Assembly: GCA_029881335.1 (NCBI GenBank)
Contig: JAOUMU010000002.1
Location: 1 to 64,000 of the forward strand
DNA: 64,000 nucleotides
Source: Nitrospinota bacterium
GTDB lineage: Bacteria > Nitrospinota_A > UBA7883
Reading direction: 5' to 3'
The translations under genes and the position numbers were made by a program. Of the stretch, positions 11,955 through 22,582 are shown one piece after another; position 1 is the stretch's first letter, and each line of letters begins with the position of its first letter. Under the pieces are notes generated by a model. It did no database searches, was not told the DNA's origin, and worked only from the letters and a program-made list of their open reading frames with translations.

Positions 11955-12977
11955 ATGGCGCTGTTTACATCAGGCGCGCCTTTCGCCATGGCCCATGGCC
12001 CGGCCGCCGGCCATGGCCCGGGCTTGCAGGGAAGGAACCTTTCCGGAGCGAACCTGAGCGGCCAGGATTATTCCGGCGCGAGCATGCAGGGGGCGGACCT
12101 TTCCGGCGCCAATTTATCCCGAGCGGACCTGAGTATGGCCAACCTGCAGGGTGCGGACCTGACCGGCGCCAACCTGGAAGGAGCCGACTTGAGCCGCGCC
12201 AGGATGGAAGGCGCCACGGTGTCCGCCGCGCGCATGGCCGGGGCCATCCTTAAATACGCCAGCGCCCAGGGAGTGGACTTTAGCGACAGCGACCTTAGAC
12301 GGGTGGACTTTTCCCGCGCAATGATGCAAAGCGTGGATTTGCGCGGGGCGGATCTTTCCGCTGCCAGGATGTCCGATGTCCATCTGGAAGGAGCGAAGAT
12401 GGCGGAGGTTGTCATGCCTGGCGCTGACCTTTCCGGCGCCAACCTTCAAAGCGCCCGGCTTTCCCGGGCCAACTTGGCGGGGGCCGATCTTTCCGGCGCC
12501 AGGATGGAAGGGGCGGATTTTTCCAGGGCTGTCCTGGCGGGGGCGGACCTGTCTTTCGCCAACCTGCAAAGCGCCGATTTTCGAAAGGCGGACCTGCGGG
12601 GAGCCCTGATAGTTGGGGCCCGCATGGAGGGCGCGGATTACTCCGGGGCGGACATGTCCGGCGCGGTCATCATGGAGGCGGACCGGGACAAAAAGGCTGA
12701 TCCGAGGGATTTTTCCGGCGCCCACACCGATTTCACACACTTGGGCAGGGACGGGGATGAATACTTCATCCAGGCCAGGCTGGCGGCGGCGTGCCACAGC
12801 AAATACGCGGCGGCGGGCATATTGCGCCAGACCGCGGGGGAAAAACCCAGAGCGCCGGAGAAAAACGGTGTTTTGAACCATATCGTACATCTGGACAAGG
12901 ACCTGGAGGGCCATATCAGGAAAAAATGCGGCAAGGAAACAGTGGATTATCTTAAAGATGAGGGACTGCTGGAATAG
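11955..12977 (+). CDS. secreted pentapeptide-repeat protein
   Basis: Dozens of A(D/N)LSGA-type pentapeptide repeats are present. The start is placed at the in-frame ATG at 11955, which gives the signal-like MALFTSGAPFAMA. Longer upstream frames overlap ftsB. Confidence 0.6.
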   Translation: MALFTSGAPFAMAHGPAAGHGPGLQGRNLSGANLSGQDYSGASMQGADLSGANLSRADLSMANLQGADLTGANLEGADLSRARMEGATVSAARMAGAILKYASAQGVDFSDSDLRRVDFSRAMMQSVDLRGADLSAARMSDVHLEGAKMAEVVMPGADLSGANLQSARLSRANLAGADLSGARMEGADFSRAVLAGADLSFANLQSADFRKADLRGALIVGARMEGADYSGADMSGAVIMEADRDKKADPRDFSGAHTDFTHLGRDGDEYFIQARLAAACHSKYAAAGILRQTAGEKPRAPEKNGVLNHIVHLDKDLEGHIRKKCGKETVDYLKDEGLLE

Positions 12978-13061
12978 TCCCGCGGGCGGCAAACACCCTC
13001 GGCCGGGGGATAATGAACCATATATGGGCGGCTGCAGCGGAAGAGAGAAATGTGAGGGGAA

Positions 13062-13802
13062 ATGAGCTGGCTGACAAAAACCATCGGGGGAACCGATGGG
13101 CTGACGCTGGGAGGGCCGATGGGTGAAGTATGCGGCCGGGCGCTGGAGGCTTTTTACGAAACAAACGTGATAAGCCCCGCCAAGCTGCGGTTGCTGGAGG
13201 AAAAATATTACTCCTCCAGGCTCGATGCCCGGGAGAAATCCCAGCTTCTTTTTTTCCTGGCCCTTTGCTCTTTGCTGGGAAAGATTTGTGTGGAGGACGA
13301 GAAAATATCCGCCGAAGAGGTGGATATCTCCACCAAAATAATGGTCGGCCCATTGAAGCTCTCGGGCGTATCGCTGGCTTTCGCCAAAATAGTGTTCCAC
13401 CAGGCCCGGGCCAGCCGACATTCCGCCAGGTCCATCGCTGCGCAGTTCCAGGCCCAGGTCGGCAAAAACGGGAGCAAGTCGGCTCAGTTCCTGGTGGAGT
13501 CTCTTCTGGTGGTCGCCTACGCGGATGGAGAAATGCACACGCGTGAATGGAGGATGATCAGCTCCATCGCCAGGATCCTTTTGGTGGATGGAAAGCGCCT
13601 GAAGCTGACCGCCGTCAAACACTCCCGAAAGACTGGCAATCTCTCCGCCCCGAGTGAAGAGGTGGAAAAGCGCCGAAAGCAGCTTGCCCGATTGTTCGAC
13701 CCAAAGACTATGGAGAAGAAACGAATCCCTCCGGAACTGGGCAAGTTCGCCGCCACCCAGCTGCGGGAGTTTAAAAAAGGCGGGATAAGCCGGGGAGGAT
13801 GA
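13062..13802 (+). CDS. TerB-like (tellurite-resistance TerB family) domain protein
   Basis: 246 aa. It shows VAYADGEMHTREWRMISSIARIL and a similar earlier half-repeat. The assignment is tentative. Confidence 0.4.
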   Translation: MSWLTKTIGGTDGLTLGGPMGEVCGRALEAFYETNVISPAKLRLLEEKYYSSRLDAREKSQLLFFLALCSLLGKICVEDEKISAEEVDISTKIMVGPLKLSGVSLAFAKIVFHQARASRHSARSIAAQFQAQVGKNGSKSAQFLVESLLVVAYADGEMHTREWRMISSIARILLVDGKRLKLTAVKHSRKTGNLSAPSEEVEKRRKQLARLFDPKTMEKKRIPPELGKFAATQLREFKKGGISRGG

Positions 13803-13906
13803 CATCCGTCCGGCTTACTTTTCCCATCAGCGCGAGTAGACATTAGTCCTTCCAGAATCCACACGCCAGGAGTAGCATGGAACGATATGGAGGAAGATAC
13901 CAGGCA

Positions 13907-14766
13907 ATGACGCGCCAACTTCGAACAATTCTTATTTTGATGGCCTTTCTTGCGGCCCTCCCCACCCCAGCCCAGGCAGCCGACTATGCGGAAGCCATGT
14001 ATGCCGTGACGCATGGCGACCGAAAGAGGGGATATCAGATGCTCATTCCCCTTGCCCAGGCTGGAGACGCCAGAGCCCAGAATAGCCTTGGAGTTATGTG
14101 GCAGAACGGGTATATCGGCACAACGAACATGGAGAAGGCCATCGAGTGGTTTATGATGGCTGCGGATAGCGACCTGCCTGAGGCGCAATATAACCTGGGA
14201 ATGATATACGCCAAGGGGGAGGGGGTGGAGCAGGATTACAAGGAGGCGGTAAAGTGGTATGAAAAAGCGGCGAACCAGGGGGTGCACCAGGCCCAGTTCA
14301 AGCTGGCCACTATCCTGCTGGAGGGGCGCAACGGCCGGGCTGATCATGAGAAAGCGGCCCAGTGGTACCGAAAAGCGGCGGATAAGGGAATGCTAAAGGC
14401 AATGACCGCCCTTGCCGGCATGTACCAGAGGGGACTGGGGCTCCCACTTGATCCGTCGGAAGCGGCAAAATGGTGGCGGAAGGCCGCTCAAAATGGGGAG
14501 ATTGTGGCCCAGTACAAGCTGGGGCTGGCATATGCCAATGGCCGAGGAGTGAAACAGAATCCCACGGAGGCGTTTAAATGGCATATTGCTGCCGCGACGC
14601 AGGGTTATCACCTTGCCCAGCTCTCCGTCGGCAATATGCTGTTCGAAGGACGGGGCGCCCCCGCGACAAATATCGGGCAAAGCGATGGTGGAAACGCGCG
14701 GCGAACCAGGGGAACGCCGATGCACAGCTTAAGCTGGAGAAGCTGAAACAAAGCGAAGATATGTAG
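13907..14766 (+). CDS. secreted Sel1-repeat (SLR) protein with an apparent +1 frameshift in a C5 run near 14658-14662
   Basis: Seven Sel1-like repeats (A..W..KAA.QG...AQ..LG..Y..G.GV) are present. The final repeat continues in another frame (ORF 14578..14766: KRWWKRAANQGNADAQLKLEKL). Confidence 0.7.
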
Positions 14767-14788
14767 CGCGCCAGGCGTGCCGCCGGAT

Positions 14789-15220
14789 CTATTTTTTCTT
14801 TTTACCAGCGGGCTTCGCAGAAACCTTGCCCTTCGCCTTGGCCCTTTTTTTGGCCTGGCGCTGACGCTTCTTTTTTTCCATATCCATATACTCCTGCAGC
14901 TCTGTTGGGTCGTGGAACATCACGTCGGCGATCTCCCCGTGGAACTCGCAGCCCGGCGGGTTATGGTCCCTGCACACTTGTGGCCTTGTGTCGTATATGC
15001 CGCAACGGTTGTCCTGCCCCAGATAGCGGCACCGTCCGGTGGACATCTTGTACCATCGTTTGTTGCGTATGAACACCATGGTGTTCACAAAGTAGAGCTC
15101 CCACTTCAGGTTCTCCACCTCCTGCACGGTGGTGGGGCGGATGATTGCCTCCTCCAGTCCATGACAGCACATGGCCGGGCACCCCTGGCAGCCATCATTC
15201 CCTAGCGGCATAGATTCCAT
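14789..15220 (-). CDS. YkgJ-family cysteine-cluster protein (UPF0153, CxxCxxCC putative Fe-S/Zn) with a Lys-rich tail
   Basis: 143 aa with GCQGCPAMCC plus later conserved Cys residues and a KKRQRQAKKRAKAKGK tail. Confidence 0.7.
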   Translation of the reverse strand: MESMPLGNDGCQGCPAMCCHGLEEAIIRPTTVQEVENLKWELYFVNTMVFIRNKRWYKMSTGRCRYLGQDNRCGIYDTRPQVCRDHNPPGCEFHGEIADVMFHDPTELQEYMDMEKKKRQRQAKKRAKAKGKVSAKPAGKKKK

Positions 15221-15301
15221 ATTTCAACTCTCACAGGTCAGGTGATAACAAAAAGCGTCAGCGCAAGATTGTAACCGATCACAGATCGACTTGCCACGCC
15301 G

Positions 15302-17065
15302 TTGGCGATCTCATTGCGGAAGAGGCCAAAGGTTCATGCTATACTTGGCCCCATGATTTTTGCTCGCTTTCAATCTCCTTTTGCCAGAATAGTTTTCGCC
15401 GCGGTGTACATATTGCTGGCCTTCGCAGCCATTTTTGTGTCCAGGGATATCATGGAGAAGAACCGCCAGAAGGTGTTCTACCAAGTGAATCTGGAATGGC
15501 ATGGCCAGGGATTCTGGAATGGTCGCAAGGCTGTGGAGCTATCCTCCCCCAAGGAGATGCTGCCGGTGCAACTGCCAGGCCCGGCGGATGGATGGGCCGG
15601 CGGCGATAACAAGGAAATACGCATCAAGGCGCCTTTTTACCACAAGACGGAGTTCACGGTCCGGTTCCTGGAAAGCCATGAGGCTGCGCCCCCTTTCATC
15701 GAGGTGTGGGCCGATGATGCGAAAGTGGCGGAATTCCAGGTGGAAAAGGGAACAGGGTATCCAAGGATCCATTGGCCCAGGGAGGGGAAGACCTCCAAGG
15801 CCGGCTTCATCATACATTCCAGGAACCTCAAGAAGGGAACGATCATCACATTCAGGACCGTCTCCGGCTCCTGGGCTGCGCTGCAGACCATATCGGCCGC
15901 GGCCATGCCGGAGCGGTGGGAGAGTCTTGTGGCCTACGGGTGCTGCGCCCTGGTGGTCCTGATGACGCTTGTGTGGATCGCGCTCAAGATCACCCAAAGC
16001 GCGCTGAAGCCACGGCAAGTGATTTTCGCCGCTATTCTTATGGCAATTGGTGTTCTCTTTGGTCTGGCGACCGGGGAAGTGACGTTCCGTGCGCTGGATG
16101 TTTTGCCCAAGCCGATGCGCACCCAGCCTGTGCGGGATTTCAAGCTCTCCAGCAATCCGGTTATCCTGTATGAATACCGCCCGGGAATCAGGCAGGGGGA
16201 TATGACCCCGGAGGGCATAGAAAACAGGATATCGACAAACAGCGCCGGTTTCCGCGATATGGAAAGGTTGATCGACAAACCGGAGGGTACTTACCGGATA
16301 ATCGTAATCGGTGATTCCACAGCCGCAGGCAGCGGTGTGAAATCTGGGGAAGCGTTGTTCAACCGTATCCTGGAAAAGCAACTTAACAGGCCAGGAGAGT
16401 CCCGGAGTTATGAGGTTATCAACATGGGCGTGCATGGTTACCAGACCCTGCAGGAGGTGGAGACCTTGAGGGCCACGGGGCTGGCCTACCATCCGGACCT
16501 TGTCATTACGCTATTTTGCCACAACGATTTCCAGCTGAACGTGGACGGCAACACATACTACAACCTGCTGGCCAGCAATCCCGATTTCAAGTTCGAGAGC
16601 AGAACGCCGGGATTGCGCGATTGGTTTTTGAGCCATTCCCGTCTGGCGTTTGTGGTGTACCACCGGCTAATGGCGCTGATCCAGCCGCCCACCAGTTTTG
16701 ACGAGATTGTTAGCGAGTATAGGGAAAAATACCTCCACGGTAAAAGCACGGTGGAGGTGGGTATGGAGTCATTCTCCCGCATGGCCAAGGAGAGCGGATT
16801 CACCGCTGTGATGGCCATCCTGCCGGTCTTCGACCGCCCCTTCGACAAATACCGCCACGAATACCAGCACGACAGAGTGAAAAAGATAGTGGACAAGTTC
16901 GACAATATTGAGCTGTTGGACCTTAAGGATGGTTTTGCCCGGATCGACAACGACGCGTCGAAGTTCACCACTGACGGGCTGCACATGAATGAGGCTGGTC
17001 ACGCGGCGTTGGCCGATATACTGCGCGGGTGGATGAAGAATCGCCAAGGCTCGGGCGACAGGTAA
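15302..17065 (+). CDS. membrane-anchored SGNH/GDSL hydrolase family protein
   Basis: N-terminal TM helices are followed by a C-terminal domain with the IVIGDSTAAGSG block I and the DGLHMNEAGH block V. The start may instead be the in-frame ATG at 15353. Confidence 0.75.
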   Translation: MAISLRKRPKVHAILGPMIFARFQSPFARIVFAAVYILLAFAAIFVSRDIMEKNRQKVFYQVNLEWHGQGFWNGRKAVELSSPKEMLPVQLPGPADGWAGGDNKEIRIKAPFYHKTEFTVRFLESHEAAPPFIEVWADDAKVAEFQVEKGTGYPRIHWPREGKTSKAGFIIHSRNLKKGTIITFRTVSGSWAALQTISAAAMPERWESLVAYGCCALVVLMTLVWIALKITQSALKPRQVIFAAILMAIGVLFGLATGEVTFRALDVLPKPMRTQPVRDFKLSSNPVILYEYRPGIRQGDMTPEGIENRISTNSAGFRDMERLIDKPEGTYRIIVIGDSTAAGSGVKSGEALFNRILEKQLNRPGESRSYEVINMGVHGYQTLQEVETLRATGLAYHPDLVITLFCHNDFQLNVDGNTYYNLLASNPDFKFESRTPGLRDWFLSHSRLAFVVYHRLMALIQPPTSFDEIVSEYREKYLHGKSTVEVGMESFSRMAKESGFTAVMAILPVFDRPFDKYRHEYQHDRVKKIVDKFDNIELLDLKDGFARIDNDASKFTTDGLHMNEAGHAALADILRGWMKNRQGSGDR

Positions 17066-17077
17066 CGAGCAGGTTTC

Positions 17078-18154
17078 CTAGCTTAGCGGATCCTGCTGGT
17101 CGTATACCACCTGGTAGGAGAGTGGCCGGACCGAGTTGTTCTCCTTATTGGGGAGCAGCAGCTGTTGTCGCACGCGGGTCCATTGCAGATCCGGTTTCAA
17201 TTCCCTCATCTTCCCATCGGCCGGTGGCTTGGAATGCTCTGTATGGACATATACCACCTGAAACACCGCCACGCCGAACTCCTTCGTCCTGTGGATCAGA
17301 AACTTCCTGGCGAACTCAGGATCGCCTTTAGGGTGTCTTTCGATCTGTTCGATGGTGTTGTTGTCCAGCCGGATCAGCAGATGCTTGATGATCCCGTCCT
17401 CGCTGATCTTGGTCATGGTCCTGCTCTCCGAGGAGGAGACATACACCGTGCTCAAGTATCCGGAGTTGCGCAAAAACTGGGCGGCGAGCATGGCTGCCGT
17501 CCTGCGGCCAGAGGCGCTGTGGTGGAAGGAGTAATACTCGAACAACTTCTCCATCATCTCCTGTGCGTGCTGATCCCCTTTTTCATACAGATCCTTGGAG
17601 ATATAACGCAACTCCTTGCCCAGCGATTCGGCCGCGCTGTCTATCATCCAGTCCACCCGCACATGGAAGTGGCTCAGTGCAAAGCGGTTCTTGCTTTTGG
17701 ATGAGGTATCCCGCTGAATCAGCAGGGCGTAGTCAACTAGCATCAGGTCTCGCATCAGGGTGAAAAACCGAACGCTTTCGAAATACTTCATTTTGGCGTG
17801 GAACCTGTCGGCCAGGTTCAGCCCGGTGAGCTTCAGCTCTCCCAGGTTTTCCTTGGTCACCTTGTTGTGGGAGAAAAAACGGATGTACTTTTTGATATCG
17901 CTGTCCAGGGCTCGCTCCGTGAAGATCACGATGAAAGCGTTCATCAGCTTGTTTTCCATCTCCCCCACCTTGGCGCGGGGCTTAAGATCGCGCATGGAGA
18001 CAAACGGGTATGGTTCCCCCTTCTCCAGGGTATTGACGTATGAATCCACAAGAGCGTAGTCGATAAGGTATGAGTCCAGCTCGTTGCGCAATGCCTGATA
18101 CAGCAGGCGCACCTGCTTCTCTTCTTTGCTCAGATCATTTTTATGCAGCCACAT
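17078..18154 (-). CDS. hypothetical protein; contains an H-x5-R(T) loop reminiscent of a Cys-to-His substituted protein-tyrosine/dual-specificity phosphatase P-loop
   Basis: 358-aa ORF with a coherent codon pattern. The motif FHHSASGRRTAAMLAAQFL is similar to the PTP signature HCxAGxxR(S/T)G. No other confident similarity was recognised. Confidence 0.45.
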   Translation of the reverse strand: MWLHKNDLSKEEKQVRLLYQALRNELDSYLIDYALVDSYVNTLEKGEPYPFVSMRDLKPRAKVGEMENKLMNAFIVIFTERALDSDIKKYIRFFSHNKVTKENLGELKLTGLNLADRFHAKMKYFESVRFFTLMRDLMLVDYALLIQRDTSSKSKNRFALSHFHVRVDWMIDSAAESLGKELRYISKDLYEKGDQHAQEMMEKLFEYYSFHHSASGRRTAAMLAAQFLRNSGYLSTVYVSSSESRTMTKISEDGIIKHLLIRLDNNTIEQIERHPKGDPEFARKFLIHRTKEFGVAVFQVVYVHTEHSKPPADGKMRELKPDLQWTRVRQQLLLPNKENNSVRPLSYQVVYDQQDPLS

Positions 18155-18362
18155 TCCACACCCCTGGACAATCTAAAGAACCCACCGAGCCCTTTGCGAC
18201 CATAACCTTTTATATATTAACATGTTCCAAGCTGTGTTACAATAGGTAAAAAGGATTTTCAACTTATGTTTTGCCCTGGGATTAGCTCTTTTCGGCTTTT
18301 GTTCCCGCCACAACCGGTCTCTGAAATCTACGCGGAGAGAATTACGGATAAATAATGGATAT

Positions 18363-20645
18363 ATGAAAGAGAGTCAGCTGAAGAAGTCCCTGGCCGAGCT
18401 GTTGGCCACCCCCCTGCCCATGCGCGAAATACTGGTCAAGCTCAAGATCAAGGGGGAAGAGAAGGTGGAGGTCAAGAGCCGAATCCGGGATCTTGCCCAG
18501 CAAGGTCACATCATCCGGCTGCGCGGCGCCCGCTATGGCCTGCCGGAAAAGATGGATCTGGTTATCGGCGTGGTGCAAGGCCATAGGGATGGGTATGGAT
18601 TCGTGATACCGGACGATCCGGACCAGGAAGACCTGTTTTTGAAAGCCTATAACTTTCACGAGGTGATGCATGGTGACCGTGTGGTGGCCAGGGTGGAGCG
18701 CCAGAAAGCTGGCGGCAAGAGAGAAGGAAGGGTCGTCAAAATCCTGGAGCGGGCCAATGAAACCATGTCCGGGGTTCTGGAGACCTTCCATGGCGGCGCC
18801 TATGTGGTCCCTTTCGAGCGAAGAATAGCCCAAGACATATTCATCCCCCCGGGAAAGGCCATGGAGGCCGCCGATGGACAGGCGGTAGTGGCTAGAATCA
18901 CTATCCACCCCTCAAAGACCAGGCAGGCCATGGGAGAGGTGATAGAGGTGCTGGGTGACCCGGAAGACCCACAGGTGGAGATCCAGCTCGCTTGTTCCAG
19001 GTTTCATATCAGGAACCAGTTCCCTCTGTCGGCGCTGGAGGAAGCAAAAAAGGCAACCCCCCCCGCCGGAGGGACATACGATGGGAGGATCGACTTTCGC
19101 GGCCGGCAGATAGTCACTATAGATGGCGAGACCGCCAAGGATTTCGACGACGCGGTAGAGGTCCAGGACCTGCCCGGCGGAGGCTGGGAGCTGGGTGTCC
19201 ACATCGCCGATGTTTCCCATTACGTGACGGAAGGATCCTCCCTGGACAAAGAGGCCGCCCTCCGTGGGACATCGGTCTACTTTCCTGGCACGGTGATCCC
19301 CATGCTCCCCTTCGAGCTCTCCAACGAAATCTGCTCCCTCAATCCGAGGACGGACCGGTTCACCCTAAGTTGCGTCATGCAAATATCCCCCGCAGGGGAG
19401 GTGACAAACTCACAGATCAGCGAGTCGGTGATAAGCACCGTGGAGCGAATGACATACACCGATGTAGCGGCGATCCTGGAAGAGGAGGAACCATCGGCCA
19501 AGGAGCGGTACGCCGACCTGGTCCCCATGTTCCGGCGAATGGGCGCCCTGGCGGAGGTGTTGAGGGAGAGGCGGCACGCTGATGGCGCGCTGGATTTCGA
19601 CCTGCCGGAGTCTGAAGTGATCCTGGACATCACCGGCCGCCCGGAGAATATCATCAGGGCCCAGCGCAATGTCGCCCACAAGCTGATAGAAGAGTTCATG
19701 CTGCTGGCCAACAAGACCGTGGCTGCCCACCTGCACGACCATGGGGCCAGGCTGCTAAGCCGGGTGCATGAACGACCCGACCCCATGAAGATCGATGTTT
19801 TTCTCAACTTCATCTCCGCTTTTGGCATCAGAACCACCGAACCGGAGAAGATAAACTCCAAGTGGCTGGCCAACATTCTGACGCGTTTTTCCGGCAGGCC
19901 GGAGCAGAAGCTGGTGACCCACGTCATGCTCCGCTCCATGAAACAGGCGCGTTATAGCGCAGAGGCCAGGGGCCATTTCGCCCTGGCGTTTGCCCATTAC
20001 GCCCATTTCACAAGCCCTATCAGGCGATACCCGGACCTGATCATCCACCGGACCATAAAAAGGGTGGCGAGAAAAGAAGCAGCCTCCCCTGGATGGGAGG
20101 AAGGCCTGGACAAGATCGCGGAGCATTGCTCCACCACCGAGCGCGCCGCGGAAGAAGCGGAGCGGGATATCGTGAAGCTGAAACAAACCCAGTACATGGC
20201 CAACAGGGTGGGGGAGGAGTTCGAGGGAATGATCTCCGGTGTGACCAACTTTGGCTTTTTCGTGGAGTTGGACGATCCGGCAGTGGAAGGCCTGGTGCGG
20301 ATTTCCACCATCGGGGACGACTACTATATTTACGATGAAACTGGCCACACTCTCACCGGCGACAGGAACGGAAAGGTGTTCCGCCTGGGAGACCCGGTAC
20401 GGGTGCTGGTGTCGGAAGTCTCCGTCCAGCGACGCCAGATAGATTTTGAGCTTATCGAAGCTTCTGGCGCCGCCCTGACAACCGGGCGAGGCAACAAGTC
20501 GCGAAGTGACAAGTCACGGGGCGACAAGTCACGGAGGGATAGGTCGAAAAGCACCAAGCCAGCCAGTGGCAGACCTCGCCCAGAGGGGGCCAAGGGCAAA
20601 GTGAAGGGAAAGGCTTCTGTAACGCGGAAAAAACGGCGGAAATGA
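18363..20645 (+). CDS. rnr: ribonuclease R
   Basis: 760 aa with cold-shock-like N-terminal domains, an RNB catalytic core, a C-terminal S1 domain and a Lys/Arg-rich tail. Confidence 0.95.
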   Translation: MKESQLKKSLAELLATPLPMREILVKLKIKGEEKVEVKSRIRDLAQQGHIIRLRGARYGLPEKMDLVIGVVQGHRDGYGFVIPDDPDQEDLFLKAYNFHEVMHGDRVVARVERQKAGGKREGRVVKILERANETMSGVLETFHGGAYVVPFERRIAQDIFIPPGKAMEAADGQAVVARITIHPSKTRQAMGEVIEVLGDPEDPQVEIQLACSRFHIRNQFPLSALEEAKKATPPAGGTYDGRIDFRGRQIVTIDGETAKDFDDAVEVQDLPGGGWELGVHIADVSHYVTEGSSLDKEAALRGTSVYFPGTVIPMLPFELSNEICSLNPRTDRFTLSCVMQISPAGEVTNSQISESVISTVERMTYTDVAAILEEEEPSAKERYADLVPMFRRMGALAEVLRERRHADGALDFDLPESEVILDITGRPENIIRAQRNVAHKLIEEFMLLANKTVAAHLHDHGARLLSRVHERPDPMKIDVFLNFISAFGIRTTEPEKINSKWLANILTRFSGRPEQKLVTHVMLRSMKQARYSAEARGHFALAFAHYAHFTSPIRRYPDLIIHRTIKRVARKEAASPGWEEGLDKIAEHCSTTERAAEEAERDIVKLKQTQYMANRVGEEFEGMISGVTNFGFFVELDDPAVEGLVRISTIGDDYYIYDETGHTLTGDRNGKVFRLGDPVRVLVSEVSVQRRQIDFELIEASGAALTTGRGNKSRSDKSRGDKSRRDRSKSTKPASGRPRPEGAKGKVKGKASVTRKKRRK

Positions 20646-21106
20646 ACCGTGCGGATAGAGTCATGATTGGTCCTAGCATCTATTCGGCTGGCAGGATGGC
20701 CGTTATCACGGTTTGCCTGGCGCTCTTCACTGTGTCCGCCATCAAGCAGGCCCTCACCCATCATTCCTTGTATGAAGCTTTTTTTAAACCGGATCGAAAA
20801 GGGGATAATTACAGCCCGATGCAACTCAAGGAAATAGCCCTTCGTCCAGTGTTGCCTGATTCCGGGGTGGAACTGGCCGGTTATTATTCCGACTTATACG
20901 AAGTGGGCTATAGCAAGTGGGGGAATTTTTTCAGGGCCCGATACGTGGCTCTCCCTCTCATACTCACGAGGTTCCACCCTAGCCAACCCCTGGTTTTGGT
21001 GGAGATGAGCTCCGCTGATGGAGTGAAGGAATTTTGCCTGAAATGGGGATATAAAGTCTCCAGGGAAGGCGCCCCGGGAGTGGCTCTGTTAGAAAAGGCG
21101 CCCTAA
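20642..21106 (+). CDS. hypothetical N-terminally TM-anchored small protein (module copy 1, A1)
   Basis: 154 aa. It is a paralogue of the gene at 22583..23026 (shared ...ARY(V/M)ALP(L/I)IL..F.P.Q.LV...M.SA.GV..FC..WGYK......G..LLEK.P). Confidence 0.6.
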   Translation: MNRADRVMIGPSIYSAGRMAVITVCLALFTVSAIKQALTHHSLYEAFFKPDRKGDNYSPMQLKEIALRPVLPDSGVELAGYYSDLYEVGYSKWGNFFRARYVALPLILTRFHPSQPLVLVEMSSADGVKEFCLKWGYKVSREGAPGVALLEKAP

Positions 21107-21108
21107 CC

Positions 21109-22578
21109 ATGCCGCAGGCCAGTATCTTAGTTGGGATTGTTACCCCAGCGCTGTTCGGGTTTTTCCTTACGAGCATTCTGCTTCGGCCAGAAAGGGGGGT
21201 GGTGTCCTTTCTCGTCCGGCTATCCCTGGGCTGGGGCGTCGGTGTCGGTTGCTTTTCCATTCTTCTCTTTTTTCTGATGATATCGCCTATCAATCCGCGT
21301 TTTTTACCGTGGATCGAGGTCGCCGCCGCCGGTTGCCTGGTAGCGGCCTACTTTTTATCGATCCGGGGCAGGGGTGGATATGACGAGGATTTTTCCGCTC
21401 CATCGCGGCGGCAGGGCTGGATAGCGCTTATGGCGGGAGTGGTGTTTATTATTGTCATGGCCGCGGCGGCATATGTGTTCGCCGCCAAAGTGGCGATTAC
21501 TCCTGAAGGCGAGTGGGATGCATGGATGACGTGGAACCTTAGGGCCAAAGCGTTTTATTATTTCCAGGATAACTGGGACAAGCCCATAAATTACATCTAT
21601 GGCTGGACCCACCTTGACTATCCCCTTCTTCTGCCTCTGTCTGTCACCCGGTTATGGATGCTGAGTCAATCCGCTTCACACTCCATCGAGCCGATCATTA
21701 TAGCTTTTCTTTTTACATTCTCCCTGCCACTTATGGTTTTTTCCTTCATCTGCTCATTGCGCGGAGCCGCCCTGGGCCTGGCGGCTGGCGGCGCGCTACT
21801 CTCGGCGGAGACTGTCTATCTGCTGGGGGGATGGTTGTACGCGGATCTACCCCTGACATTCTATATAACCGCCTCTGTAGGCCTGGCCGCCATGGCCACT
21901 GAAAAGCCGGAACGGGCTGGAAGGACTTGGGCCCTGGCGGGGCTATGCGCCGGGCTTGCCGCATGGACCAAGAACGAGGGAATGTTGTTCCTGGTGGTGA
22001 TTATTGGCGCCGTGGGCGCCGTGACCCTGGCCAGGAGTGGGTGGCGCCAGGCGGCGCGCAGGCTGGGAATGATCGGCGTTGGGATCGCCGCGCCTACGAT
22101 CACACTAATTGCTTTCAAACTCGCCATACCCTCCCAGAATTTCCTGATACGCTCCAATTCCTTGGAGAGGATCTTAGACAGCCTCACCGATCCGGAGCGC
22201 TATGCTTCCATAGTCATCGGGGTTACATATGAGATATTTCATTACGGTGGATTTGTGGTGGCCGGCAATCACTTCTCGGCTCCCGTGCTGGCCCTGATAT
22301 TTCTGGCGGCCTGGGGTCCACGTAAGGGGTCTATGCGTCTGGAAGCGATCCAGATATCCCTGGTTTGCCTGGCAGCCATGCTGGCCGGATACTCTACTGT
22401 ATATCTTTTATCCCCCCTGGATATCAATTTCCAGATACTTACAACTGTGTCCAGGTTGCTGACCCATGTTTGGCCGCTGTTTCTGCTGTGCGTAATGTTA
22501 GCGGCCTCTAGGGACCAGGAGAATGAGTCCACCGCTCCCGTCCCAGCTGAAGAATCGGCGAAGAACCGGGATCCATGA
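21109..22578 (+). CDS. polytopic membrane protein, GT-C-fold glycosyltransferase-like (module copy 1, B1)
   Basis: 489 aa with more than 10 predicted TM helices. It is a paralogue of 23029..24519 (shared WTKNEGMLF, YEIFHYGG, FLAAWG blocks). Confidence 0.6.
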   Translation: MPQASILVGIVTPALFGFFLTSILLRPERGVVSFLVRLSLGWGVGVGCFSILLFFLMISPINPRFLPWIEVAAAGCLVAAYFLSIRGRGGYDEDFSAPSRRQGWIALMAGVVFIIVMAAAAYVFAAKVAITPEGEWDAWMTWNLRAKAFYYFQDNWDKPINYIYGWTHLDYPLLLPLSVTRLWMLSQSASHSIEPIIIAFLFTFSLPLMVFSFICSLRGAALGLAAGGALLSAETVYLLGGWLYADLPLTFYITASVGLAAMATEKPERAGRTWALAGLCAGLAAWTKNEGMLFLVVIIGAVGAVTLARSGWRQAARRLGMIGVGIAAPTITLIAFKLAIPSQNFLIRSNSLERILDSLTDPERYASIVIGVTYEIFHYGGFVVAGNHFSAPVLALIFLAAWGPRKGSMRLEAIQISLVCLAAMLAGYSTVYLLSPLDINFQILTTVSRLLTHVWPLFLLCVMLAASRDQENESTAPVPAEESAKNRDP

Positions 22579-22582
22579 AATC

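Noticed and set aside
12114-13805. 563-aa minus-strand ORF spanning the pentapeptide-repeat and TerB-like genes
   Set aside because: This is a shadow frame of GC-rich repeats. It has no motifs and crosses two plus-strand genes that have clear protein-like features.
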